Shown in pieces: positions 1 to 10,329 of a stretch of 20,000 nt of DNA. The notes below the pieces were generated by a model that was given only the letters and a program-made list of their open reading frames with translations, was not told the DNA's origin and ran no database searches. The first letter of the stretch is position 1. Each line of letters starts with the position of its first letter. This stretch comes from Chiloscyllium plagiosum (Eukaryota). The stretch is taken from NCBI RefSeq assembly GCF_004010195.1, contig NC_057752.1, forward strand, positions 2,168,057-2,188,056, in the 5' to 3' direction. A program made the position numbers and the translations under genes.

Positions 1-110
1 TCAGGAAGACAGGACGCCTTCTTGCAGATCATTTCAGAGAATATCTCTGGGACACCCACACCCACCAACCCCACCGCCCCGTGGCTGAACACTTCAACTT
101 CCCCTCCCAC
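1..110 (+). mobile_element. Penelope-like element fragment, GIY-YIG endonuclease region (truncated by window start)
   Basis: The frame from position 3 reads RKTGRLLADHFREYLWDTHTHQPHRPVAEHFNFPSH, matching the PLE GIY-YIG pattern G.T.R.L..RF.EH...VA.HFN..SH. Confidence 0.75.
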
Positions 111-920
111 TTGGGCCAGCATTTATTGCCCCATCCCTAATTGTCCCTGATAAGGTGGTGCTGAGCTGCATTCTTGAACTGCTGGAGTTCATGTACTACA
201 GGCAGACACATGATTCCACTAGGGAGGGAATTCCAGGATTTTGACTCAGTGACACTGAATGAAAGGTCATATATATCCAAGTAAGTGGCTTGGAGTGGAA
301 CTTGCAGGTGGTGGTGTTCCGATGTATCTGTTGCCCTTGTCTTTCTAGATGGAAGTAGTTGTGAGTTTGGCAGGTGCTGTCTCAGGATCTTTGGTGAATT
401 TCTGCAGAGCATCATGTAGATGGTACACATTGCTACTACTGAGCATCAGTGATGGAGGCAGTGAATGTATGTGGCTGTGCTGCCAATCAAGTGAGTTGCT
501 TTGAACTGGATGGTGTCAAGTGTCTTGAAAGTGTTGAGTGTTGTTGGAGTTGTATTCCACCACATTCCTGATTCCTGATGAAGGGCTTATGCCTGAACCA
601 TCGATTCTCCTACTTCTCTGATGCTGCCTGATCTGTGCTTTTCCAGCACCACACTCTTGACAGTATTCCACCACACTCCTGACTTGTGCATTGTAGATGA
701 TGAACAGACTTTGAGGAGTCAGGAGGTGAGTTACTCACCATAGGATTCCTAGCATCTGACCTGCTCTTGTATTTATATGGCTAGTCTAGGTCAGTTTCTG
801 GTCAATGGTAGCCCTCAGGATGTTGATAAAGGAGGATTCAATGATACGTTAAATGTCAAGAAGCAATGGTTAAGTTCTCTCTTGTTAGAGACAGTCATTG
901 CCTGACATTCATATGTCACA
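111..920 (-). mobile_element. Non-LTR retrotransposon 3' fragment (CR1/L2-group ORF2 C-terminus), interrupted by a short PLE insertion at 572-662
   Basis: The minus strand encodes a decayed RT thumb (NILRATIDQKLT*TSHIN) and C-terminal CTIYMMLCRNSPKILRQHLPN. It is colinear with a second copy at 6735-7340. Confidence 0.75.
572..662 (+). mobile_element. Solo Penelope-like terminal repeat with degenerate minimal hammerhead motif
   Basis: CTGATGA-a-GGGC-ttat-GCCT-GAACC is followed by gatgctgcctga...ttttccagcaccacac, the same family as 14706-14800. Flanked by a ~20-bp direct duplication gtattccaccaca(t/c)tcctga at 552-571 and 663-682. Confidence 0.75.
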
Positions 921-999
921 TGCCATCACGGCAATGAGTTGTCATCTTATACCCATGTAGTCCTTGTGATACAGTTATTCCTGAGACTGAATTTTTTAA

Positions 1000-1100
1000 A
1001 AAAAACTTCATTCCAGATTTAACTGAATCTAAATTCCATCGGCTGTCGTGGTGGGGTTTGAATCCGTGTCCCTACAGCATTAGCCTGGGCTTCAGAACCT
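1000..1100 (-). mobile_element. Decayed tRNA-derived SINE 5' fragment
   Basis: ggtggggtttgaatccgtgtccc...cattagcctggg is the reverse complement of a B-box-containing tRNA-like SINE head. Confidence 0.45.
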
Positions 1101-1218
1101 ATAGTTTAGTGAAGTGGGTGATGGAATCCAATGGCAGTAAATGTAAGCGGTGTATTTTCATTTTGAAGAAAGTGATACCTTGGGAAAAACTGGGTGCTGT
1201 GGAAGACTAGAAAGATTT

Positions 1219-1530
1219 GGGGACCCAGGTTTGATTCCAGCCTTGGGTGACTGTCTGTGTGGAGTTTGCACATCCTCCCAGTGTCTGCGTGGGTTTCCTC
1301 CAGGTGCTCTGGTTTCCTCCCATAGTCCAAAGATGTGCAGGTCAGGTAAATTGGCCAAGCTAAATTGCCTGATAATATGCAGGTTAGGTGGGTCAACTAT
1401 GGTAAATGTGGGGTAATGGAGATGGACTGGTCTGAGTGGGATGCTGTTTGGAGGGTCAGTGCAGGCTCAATGGGCTGAATGGCCTCTATCTGCACTGTTG
1501 CTATTCTGTAATTCCATGCAATTCTATATC
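1219..1530 (+). mobile_element. HE1-like V-SINE (5'-truncated)
   Basis: B box ggtttgattcc, then V-domain gtgtggagtttgcaca...tgcgtgggtttcctccaggtgctctggtttcctcccatagtccaaagatgtgcagg, then a CR1-like 3' tail gggctgaatggcct...tgcactgt...ttcta. Confidence 0.85.
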
Positions 1531-2250
1531 TAAGTTACTAGTTTTTAGCTACAAGATTATTCATTGTGAATGAATTTAACATTGCTAAAACGACAAAACA
1601 ATCAAAGCATTTTTTCTTGTCCTCATCAAGACTGGAATGCAAGAAACCAAACTTAGAAAGGGAATACCAGTTTATGTGAGACAAGAACAGACCATGGTTG
1701 GTATGGCGATGCAGCCAGAACTGTTAACTGTCAATCCTTGCTGATTGAACGTGGACCAGGTGGGATGCGTTTGGTTGGTTGGGCATTACTGGAAGAATTG
1801 GCAGTCTCCATTTTTAAAAATATGGTACAGTATATGGACAATTTCCTTTTGTCCTATGTGTGAATAAATGGCTTTATCAGCTTTAAAATAATGAACACTA
1901 TATGGATGTCAGTATTTGCACCATATAATTTATAGATATACACAATTTGGAAAACTTGGGTTTGGTCAACTTGAAGTCTAGCAGCTCTAGAGTCGACACC
2001 TCCACTAAGAGAGAGTTTACAAAGTGGGAGTGATAATTCCTCCTGCTCACATATGCCTAATTGACTGGTTATAGAGGGTGCTAGAAGCTTGTGACAGTGT
2101 TGCCCTCTTGCTTGACGGTGAATGTGTGGGTCACATATTGTTCTGTCAGGTAGAAGATAATATTTTGAAAAAAGAAGGAATAGAGGGAAAAAGGAGATTG
2201 TCAACCATGTGCTTGTTTTCAGCAAGCTCTCAATTTGTGTATTTTAAAAG

Positions 2251-2467
2251 TTAAAAGTCACACAACACCAGATAATAGTCCAACAGGTTTAATTGGAAGC
2301 ACGAGCTTTTGGAGCGCTGCTGCTTCATCAGGTGGTTCCACAACCACCTGATGAAGGAGCAGCGCTCCAAAAGTTAGTGCTTCCAATTAAACCTGTTGGA
2401 CTATTATCTGGTGTTGTGTGACTTTTGATTTTGTTCACCCGAGTCCAACACCAGCATCTCCAAATCA
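2251..2467. mobile_element. Palindromic Penelope-like terminal-repeat insertion (85-bp inverted arms, hammerhead motif in each arm), with 13-bp TSD
   Basis: Arms 2253-2337 and 2342-2426 are reverse complements with 3 mismatches around a 4-nt loop (ccac). Unique tail 2429-2467. TSD tgtattttaaaag at 2238-2250 and 2468-2480. Confidence 0.85.
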
Positions 2468-2936
2468 TGTATTTTAAAAGAAAGACTGATTGGACATTCT
2501 TGTCCTAGGCAATTTGATATTATGACATTCTTGCAGTTTTGAACCATGTTTAGTCTTTGGCACAGTTTGACTTTGTCTTGCAGCAGAATGTAATCTTCAA
2601 AACAAAGCAGCAACAGGTTGCAGAAAGTACTAACAAAGCTAAGGATACTGATTTTAGTTTGAATTCTGTACAACAAGTACCTCCTAAGCATTACACAGCA
2701 GAGCCCATTTCAACTGGCAACAGATAAACAAGAGTGATCTGTAAGGGTCATCTTCCTTAAACATGGCCAGTAAGAATACATTGCTAACAGTGATCACTTG
2801 TGTAATTTTATATATTCTGAGTGCACCTCAGACGTATGTGGAAAGCAGCCTACCTAAAATGCTTTTTACATACTGACACTCAGCAATTTCTGGATACTTT
2901 TGTGCTACACATCTATCGAATGTCATCTGAATAGTG

Positions 2937-2966
2937 GAGAGAGAGAGAGAGAGAAAGAGAGAGAGA
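2937..2966 (+). repeat. (GA)n microsatellite, ~15 units with one interruption
   Basis: gagagagagagagagagaaagagagagaga read directly. Confidence 0.95.
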
Positions 2967-4119
2967 TAAATCATTGTTTGATGAAAGCCCTTTCAATATT
3001 TAATTGTTTTGCATTGAATTTGGCTGCCCCACTGTCAATTGTATATTAATCTCCCCATCTCCTCCACTTTGGTAAAAGATGTAGACAGAAACAACAAGAT
3101 AAAAATACCCAACTATATTTTAACATAGTACTGGAAACCATTTATGCCCTAATGGATAATACTGGACAGTTTTAACTCGAATTCAGTCCCTTCAGCTGTG
3201 TGTTATACTGCTGGCACATTGAGTTATTTTAACCCCCCCAAAATGTGTTGAGTCACCAGGAAGTTAAAATTTCAAACCCAAACCTGACCCACCTACTTCT
3301 CAGTTTCAACTGAGCTCGGCAGGTAACCACAGTCTGCTAGGAATTAGGCCCCTATTTCAATGAGGCTGTGTGTTAGATGTTAGCTACATCTTTAATACTA
3401 GCCATTTGAATTGACTGGAACAGTGGATTCCCACAATGAGAAAAGGCCATGTGTCCCATGAAGTCAGTTAATTTGTTCCACAGTTGTTTACCTTATTATA
3501 CATTCTACTCAACAAATCTGGTCTCGAGAAGAATGTCTTGCAAACCTTATCTCATCCTATCCCACCTTCCAAAGTTACTCAAGACAACTCCATACAACCT
3601 ATCCGGTTGTATGTCTTGCACTGGATGTTCAAGACTGATTCCCCTCCTCCTCTGTGGCATATTTATGATCACTGGAAATTTATTCTGTACAAGATTCTGA
3701 TACCTTCCTCTGCACTCGTCTTTATAATCCTGCTGGTTATAAACATTTGCCAATCCCCATTGGACAAATCCATTTGCAATCTCAACCAGAACTGTTTTGG
3801 AGCAACAAGAGACCAACACTTCATGTGATAATGGCATGCCAAATGGGATGGCTTAAAGAAGAGAGTGATTACCATACCAACTTGAGGGGGCTAAAAAAGG
3901 CTGTGAAAGAATGCAGCCTAACCTTGGAGCTGATGGTTCGTTTCTTTTTTGTGGAATGTCTCAAATTTTCTCACCAATAGCAACTGTGATTGTGGTATTA
4001 GGTAACATTTGTAATGTTTTTCAGAGCTTTAATTACACATTGTGTGGGGGAAAAGCAAAAGATTAATTATTGTAGTGAAGAAATGAACCTAATTAAAACA
4101 TTATTCTGTTTCCTTGCAG

Positions 4120-4183
4120 CAAATTTCTACTGGGTGGCAGGAATGGGTGATCCATTGCTTTGTGGAAATAGCACAGATGCTGG
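4120..4183 (+). CDS. scn8a: Voltage-gated sodium channel alpha subunit (Nav1.6-like), internal coding exon, domain I S5-P extracellular loop
   Basis: Acceptor ttattctgtttccttgcag| ends at 4119 and donor |gtaagt starts at 4184, giving 64 nt, the conserved size of this SCN exon. Translates (x)NFYWVAGMGDPLLCGNSTDAG, close to Nav1.6 [22 protein letters not shown]. The phase-2 end (GG) joins the first C of the next exon. Not in the ORF track. Confidence 0.93.
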
Positions 4184-4777
4184 GTAAGTTTTATCTTCTA
4201 ATTGTTGAATTCCACCCTGTTTGTTAATTATGGTATTTGTAAAAGATTCTTCCAATTGAATTTGTCTGTCTGATGTGGGACTTAGTCATAAAGACCAGAA
4301 GCTTCCACAATTGTCTGTGCTGATCTCAGTTGGGCAACTGTTGAGGATCTGCAATTGTTAAACTACAGAGAGAATAAATCAACCAAGACCCCTTTCTCCA
4401 TTTGTTACTCAGTGGTTTCCATTGCAGAGAATGCGGAACCCTGTTATCATGCTCTCCCAGTCTCCTATTTAAAGAGTAGCCTCTTGGATCAAGTAATGTT
4501 GATTGCTTAAGTCTGTGATGCTGTGACTGCAGGGAGGGAGGAAAGGAAACAGTGTCAATGCAGTCCCAGCTGTCTGAAGGAAAGCCGAGCAGTGTGGAAA
4601 GAAGGTCAATGAACTTCCCCACTCTACCAGCACAAACAACTCCCGACAGGACAGAAAGTCTGAAGATGAGAAGTGGGCTGCCTGACATTCCGCTCCTTAT
4701 CCTTTATGAGGAGAGGGTCCTGACTCTGACTGTTCCGAGTAGCTTACTGACCCTGTCCAAGCTCCTGGACTGGGTAT

Positions 4778-4871
4778 GGAGGCTGTCCCTGACGGAAGGC
4801 TAGCTCCCTTGAGTGATTGAGGTTCGGAGGCTGTCCCTAAGTGAAAGCTATCTCCCTTTATGTGACTGAGG
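4778..4871. repeat. Two diverged ~48-bp tandem copies upstream of the minisatellite
   Basis: ggaggctgtccctgacggaaggctagctcccttgagtgattgagg at 4778 versus ggaggctgtccctaagtgaaagctatctccctttatgtgactgagg at 4826. Confidence 0.7.
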
Positions 4872-4929
4872 TCGGCTGAAAACCAGGGCAAGCTTCCTGC
4901 GACTGTGTCTGAACGAAATGGCAAGGCAA

Positions 4930-6056
4930 CACAGTGAGTCTGGTATCTCTGACTGAGGGACAAGGCAGCAGCACAGTGAGCCTGGTATCTCTGGCTGAGG
5001 GACAGGGCAGCAGCACAGTGAGCCTGGTATCTCTGACTGAGGGACAGGGCAGCAGCACAGTGAGCCTGGCACCTCTGGCTGAGGGACAGGGCAGCAGCAC
5101 AGTGAGCCTGGTATCTCTGACTGAGGGACAGGGCAGTAGCACAGTGAGCCTGGTATCTCTGACTAAGGGACAGGGCAGTACTACAGTGAGCCTGGTATCT
5201 CTGACTGAGGGACAGGGCAGCAGCACAGTGAGCCTGGTATCTCTGACTGAGGGACAGGGCAGCAGCACAGTGAGCCTGGTATCTCTGACTGAGGGACAGA
5301 CCAGCAGCACAGTGAGCCTGGTATCTCTGGCTGAGGGACAGGACAGCAGCACAGTGAGCCTGGTATCTCTGGCTGAGGGACAGTGCAGCAGCACAGTGAG
5401 CCTGGTATCTCTGACTGAGGGACTGGGCAGCAGCACAGTGAGCCTGGTATCTCTGGCTGAGGGACAGGGCAGCAGCACAGTGAGCCTGGTATCTCTGACT
5501 GAGGGTCAAGGCAACAGCACAGTGAGCCTGGTATCTCTGACTGAGGGACAGGGCAGCAGGACAGTGAGCCTGGTATCTCTGACTGAGGGACAAGGCAGCA
5601 GCACAGTGAGCCTGGTATCTCTGACTGAGGGACAGGGCAGCACTACAGTGAACCTGGTATCTCTGACTAAGGGACAAGGCAGCAGCACAGTGAGGCTGGT
5701 ATCTCTGGCTGAGGGACAGGGCAGCAGCACAGTGAGCCTGGTATCTCTGACTGAGGGACAGGGCAGCAGCACAGTGAGCCCTGGTATCTCTGGCTGAGGG
5801 ACAGGGCAGCTGCACAGTGAGCCCTGTATCTCTGACTGAGGGACAAGGCAGCAGCACAGTGAGCCTGGTATCTCTGACTGAGGGACATGGCAGCAGCACA
5901 GTGAGTCTGGTATCTCTGGCTCAGGGACAATGCAGCAGCACAGTGAGCCTGGTATCTCTGACTGATGGACAAGGCAGCAGCACAGTGAGCCTGGTATCTC
6001 TGACTGAGGGACAAGGTAGCAGCGCAGGGAGCCTGGTATCTCTGACTGAGGAACAA
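4930..6056. repeat. 42-bp minisatellite/VNTR, 26 full units plus one partial (consensus CACAGTGAGCCTGGTATCTCTGACTGAGGGACAGGGCAGCAG)
   Basis: Units start at 4930, 4972, 5014 and so on to 6023, with one 1-bp insertion near 5780. This explains the 14-aa periodic ORFs on both strands. Confidence 0.97.
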
Positions 6057-6734
6057 GTCATGGCAGGGATGTTGTGTTTATCACGGTTGTCTCGGAGTAA
6101 GGAATCACTGGGAGAGTGCATGAACAGCCTGCAGATCCAGCCCGGTCCAGGCCACGAGCTGTGGGTCAGTGTCCTCACTGCAGCACTACAATGAGAGTTC
6201 CCAGGGCATCCCAAGGGGGGCATTGAAGGGCTGAAGAGTCCTGTAAGTGGATCGATGATGGGGGACCAGAAGTGTTCTTGGAGGCTGGCACATGTTGGAT
6301 GTCACTGACTGTGGGCGTGAGGTGTATGTGTGCACGCACATGCGTTCCCCATAGTGCATGCCCTGAGATGTTGATGCCTCGTGTTTAACATGGAGATTGT
6401 TCAGAGCGGGCGGTGAGCTGAAGCCTCCAGGTGCTCCCTCTGGTTTCCTTGTTGTCTTTTCCCGATATCGAGTTTGTTTGGAGTCGAGATTGGTCTCGCT
6501 GGACGTGTCGCACAATTTTGCCACAATCTCACCCATAGCCCACTGTTGCTCTTAAGATTTTGCCCTTAGAGACTGTTGTGACCCGTTGTTACATTTTTGT
6601 GCTGATGTTGTTGCTCTGCATTTATTTCACTCAGCCCTCCTGAGCCACTGATGGGCTCCCTTAATAGCATCACATGTACTTTCACATGTACATGTACTCA
6701 TGCTTTCTGTGCATTCTACTGGTAGACTTTGCTG

Positions 6735-7340
6735 TTAGGGAGGGACTTCCAGGATTTTGACCCAGTGACGATGATATATTTCCAACTCAGGATGGTGAGT
6801 GGCTTGGAGAGGAATATGCAGGGGGTTTGTGTTCCCAAGTACTTGCTGCCCTTGTCCTTCTTGGAAGAGGTCGTGGATCTGGAAGGTGCTGTCTGAAAAA
6901 CCTTGGTGAATTTATGCAGTGCATCTTATCGGTAGTACACACTGCTACTACTGAGCGTTGGTGGGGGAGGGAGTGGATGCTTGTGAATGTGATGGCAATC
7001 AAGTAGCTGCTTGTCCTGGATGGTGTTGAGCTTCTTGAGTGTTATTGGAGCTGCCCCCATCCAGGCAAGTGGGGAGTATTCCATCACACTCCTCACTTGG
7101 GCCTAGTAGGTGGTGGATAGGCTCTGGCGAGTTAGGAGGAGATGAGTTACAAGCTGCAGTATTTCTAGCCTCTGACCTACTCTTGTAGCCACTGTGTGTA
7201 TATGGCTAGTCCAGTTGAGTTTCTGGTCAATAGTAACCCCTAGCATGTTGACAATGAGGGATTCATTGGTAATGCTGCTAAATGTCAGGGGGCAGTTGCT
7301 AAATTGTGACTCTTACTGAAGTTGACTATTGCCTGGAATG
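6735..7340 (-). mobile_element. Non-LTR retrotransposon 3' fragment, same family as 111-920
   Basis: Colinear with 220-905 (gggagggacttccaggattttgacccagtgac...gtttctggtcaatagtaaccc). ORF 6787..7002 (VCTTDKMHCINSPRFFRQHLPDPRPLPRRTRAA) is homologous to ORF 137..430. Confidence 0.8.
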
Positions 7341-9139
7341 TCTTAAGTGAATATTGTTTACATGTTATTCGTGCATCTTATTGAACCAAGCCTTTCCCAA
7401 CCATATAGTATAACAAGGGTTGGCAACTGGGCAACAAGGCTTCAGTTACTGACCTATATATGGCAAATTAATTCACTGATGAATTTTCCTTTACTCAGTA
7501 CACTGACACTTTGAAGTGTACTTTCACGCTAGTCTTATCTTGTGCTGTGATTTCGGCAGCCAGTAATTTTAAGGAAAGCTATTTCTGTATGAGGGTGTCA
7601 GATTGTGAAACATCCCACTTTTTATTTGCTCTGTCAAGAAATTTGCAAAAGGTCTTGCAGTATCTAAGACCATCTTATACTTGCTGAATGCAGTATACCT
7701 GCAGTGGTTTGAATGGTTTCTTTGGCATTCTTATTTTCATATAATTATTGTTACCCCTCAGAGCTTTGGTGACATTCAGGTCCCAGGTGTGATTGTTTTA
7801 ATGTTACTAGTGTGCCCAGGTTTAAATTGGCTTTCAGTTCTCTGAATCAAGCCCATGACTTGTAGTCCCCAGGTTCTTTTGGTGCATATGCCCAAGGTAC
7901 ATTAACATTAGAAAATTCACAGTGATGGCATGCTGAATGACAACCTTGTTCCAACAGTCTGCATTCATTGGATGGCAATGTTGCATTAAAGAGCAGCTTG
8001 AGTTAGCTCTTTAGACATTGGGGAAAGAAATAGGTCTCCAGGATCACGATATCCAAAGCCATTTATGTAGGTCCGTGATTATAAATACGTTTGGCATGCA
8101 GTAGAGGAATTGTCAACCATCTCTCAAGATCTTAGCCACTGTCTTCCACCTGCACCCACTGCAATCTTTCAGTCTCTGTATTCACTTCACTGGTTAAAGG
8201 CTTTGAAAATGCAAGGAGCTCATTTTTTTGATGGCAGCCAACCTGTCAAGTTGCACGTTCATCAGGAAATGTAGATGTAACCTGAAGATGGGTCAGAAAT
8301 AAAGCCTTCTAAATGTCCTGCATTACCTGCTTACAGGGTGAGATTCTGTGAGGCATGTTGGGCAGTAACTGTGGTGGAACTGATATATCTATTTTTCATC
8401 CAAACTGACTTTTCAAAGCAATACTGGTGGTATTCCCTATTTTACACTCGATAATTTCCTGTCTGAAATAGATGAAAGAAACAGACTAATGGGTAGCAGC
8501 AAGAAATTCACAGCAAATGCTTTTACTGTATAAAGTATTTGGGGGTGGTTTTACAGCAGGTTACATTGAAGATGGACAGTTCAGAATTTATTCAAGAAAA
8601 ACAGTTGCTGATGGTTTGCATTTGCACTGTTCAATTTTCTGGCGAACTTTCTGGTAATATAGAAGCAAGAACATGCTGCTGACCCTTTGCCCGTTTATTT
8701 ATATTGCATTTTTATTCATTTCCTATATTTAGTTCTTCTAATTCACAATCTCACAAACAAAGGAGGGGTTAGTTTTCCCGCATCTAAAATGCCAGCCTGT
8801 AGTTTTTCACCAGGATGCATCAAGGAAGGCACAAATCTCCCATCTGCCCTTTTTCTCACTCCTTCTGGAGAGACAGTACCCTCAACTGAACCTGGTCTAA
8901 GTTGAGAATTACCTTTGTCCCTCATGACAGATGAAAACCTCCCTTGTGCTTGTTGTTGTTTAACAAAGTCAAATCCCCATTTATAAAGGATGTGTTCACA
9001 ATTTTGTTACACAAAAAAGTCTTCATTGTTCAATTCATGCAATGGATCCCTATGGAAGGAGGAGTGAACCGCTGAACAGGTTTCCCACCTGGTTTTGAAC
9101 TTCTGTATCGATTCAGGTGCTTGATTTGACGACTGCATT

Positions 9140-10056
9140 GAACATAGAACATAGAACAGTACAGCTTAGGAATAGGCCCTTTGGCCCACTGTGGTGTGCT
9201 GAACATGACACCAAATTAAACTAATCCCTTCTACTATGGTCCATATCCCTCCAGTCCTTGCTTATTCATGTGCTTATTCAAAGGTCTTTTCAACACCCCT
9301 ATTGTATCTGCCCCCATCACTAACCCTGGGAGTGCACTCCAGGCTCCTACCACTCTCTGTGTAAATAAGTTGTCCCTTATGTCTCCTTTGAATTTTCCCT
9401 ATCTCACCTTAACTGCATGCCCCTTAACATTAGATATTTCAACACTGAGAAAATAAGATTCTGACCGTCAACCCTATCTATGCCTCTCATAATTTTACAG
9501 ACTTCTATCAAGTTTCCCCTCAGCCTCCACCACTCGAGAGCAAGCAACCGTAGTTTGTCCAGCCTCTCCTTGTAGCTCATACCCTCTAATCCAGACAGCA
9601 CCTTGATAAACCTTTTCTGCACACTCTCCAAAGCCTCCAGATCTTTTCTGCAATGTGGTGACCAGAATTGAACACAATACTCTTCCATGCAGTCTAGCCA
9701 AAGTCTTATAAAGCTGCAACATGACAACCTGACTCTTGTACTCAATTCCTTGACAAATAAAGGCAAGCATGCCATACACCTTCTCTACCACCCTATCTAC
9801 TTGTGTGGTCACTTTCAGGGAGCTATGGACTCGGATCCCAAAATCCCTCTCTACATCAACACTGATAAGTGTCCTGCCATAAACTGTATATTTTCCCTTC
9901 ACATTTGATCTTCCAAAGTGCATAACCTCATACTTGCCTGGATTAAACTCCATCTGCCATTTCTCCGCAAATACTGTAACTGATCTATATTCTGCTGTAT
10001 GCTTTGCCAACCTTCTACACTATCTACAACTCCCTTGATCTTTGTGTCATCTGCAA
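9140..10056 (-). mobile_element. CR1-type LINE 3' fragment (RT C-terminus and 3' UTR)
   Basis: Minus-strand WQMEFNPGKYEVMHFGRSN...ERDFGIRVHSSLK and [25 protein letters not shown]...RLRGNLIEV, frameshifted. The (ttctatg)n tail appears as gaacatagaacatagaac at 9140. Confidence 0.92.
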
Positions 10057-10329
10057 TTGGCTGAGAACCCAGAAAAAGTTACTTCCCCTCCCCTGCCCAA
10101 TTTCAATGAAAAATGGTGTGTGATACAAGAAAATACAAAGTGGTGAAACAAAATCCACCCCATGTTACCTGAAGTCAGAATCCCAACTGATATTCTGAAA
10201 AAAATTGTAGTATAAGTGTTCACTTAGCAAAAATATATAAATAAAATGGTATGAAGGCAAAATGCAGACTTTCATTATGTGCCCTTGTGGAAACTAAATT
10301 CCATACATGACCTGTTACATTTCTTTCAG

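Noticed and set aside
2253..2426. MITE/DNA transposon, pre-miRNA or rho-independent terminator
   Set aside because: The asymmetric 39-nt tail inside a 13-bp TSD and the hammerhead core motifs fit a PLE-derived inverted repeat better. The stem is too long and perfect for a typical miRNA, and terminators do not apply to this eukaryotic context.
3449..3980. Cluster of overlapping short ORFs as a hidden or alternative exon
   Set aside because: No similarity to Nav sequence or any domain I recognise. Consistent with chance ORFs in AT-rich intron.
4697..5899. 400-aa minus-strand ORF and overlapping 287/206/129-aa ORFs as real genes
   Set aside because: They arise from a stop-free 42-bp unit in several frames at once, switch frame at a 1-bp insertion, and show no recognisable domain or convincing start.
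4930..6056. CRISPR-like array
   Set aside because: The units are contiguous 42-bp tandem copies with no unique spacers, there are no cas genes, and the context is a vertebrate intron.
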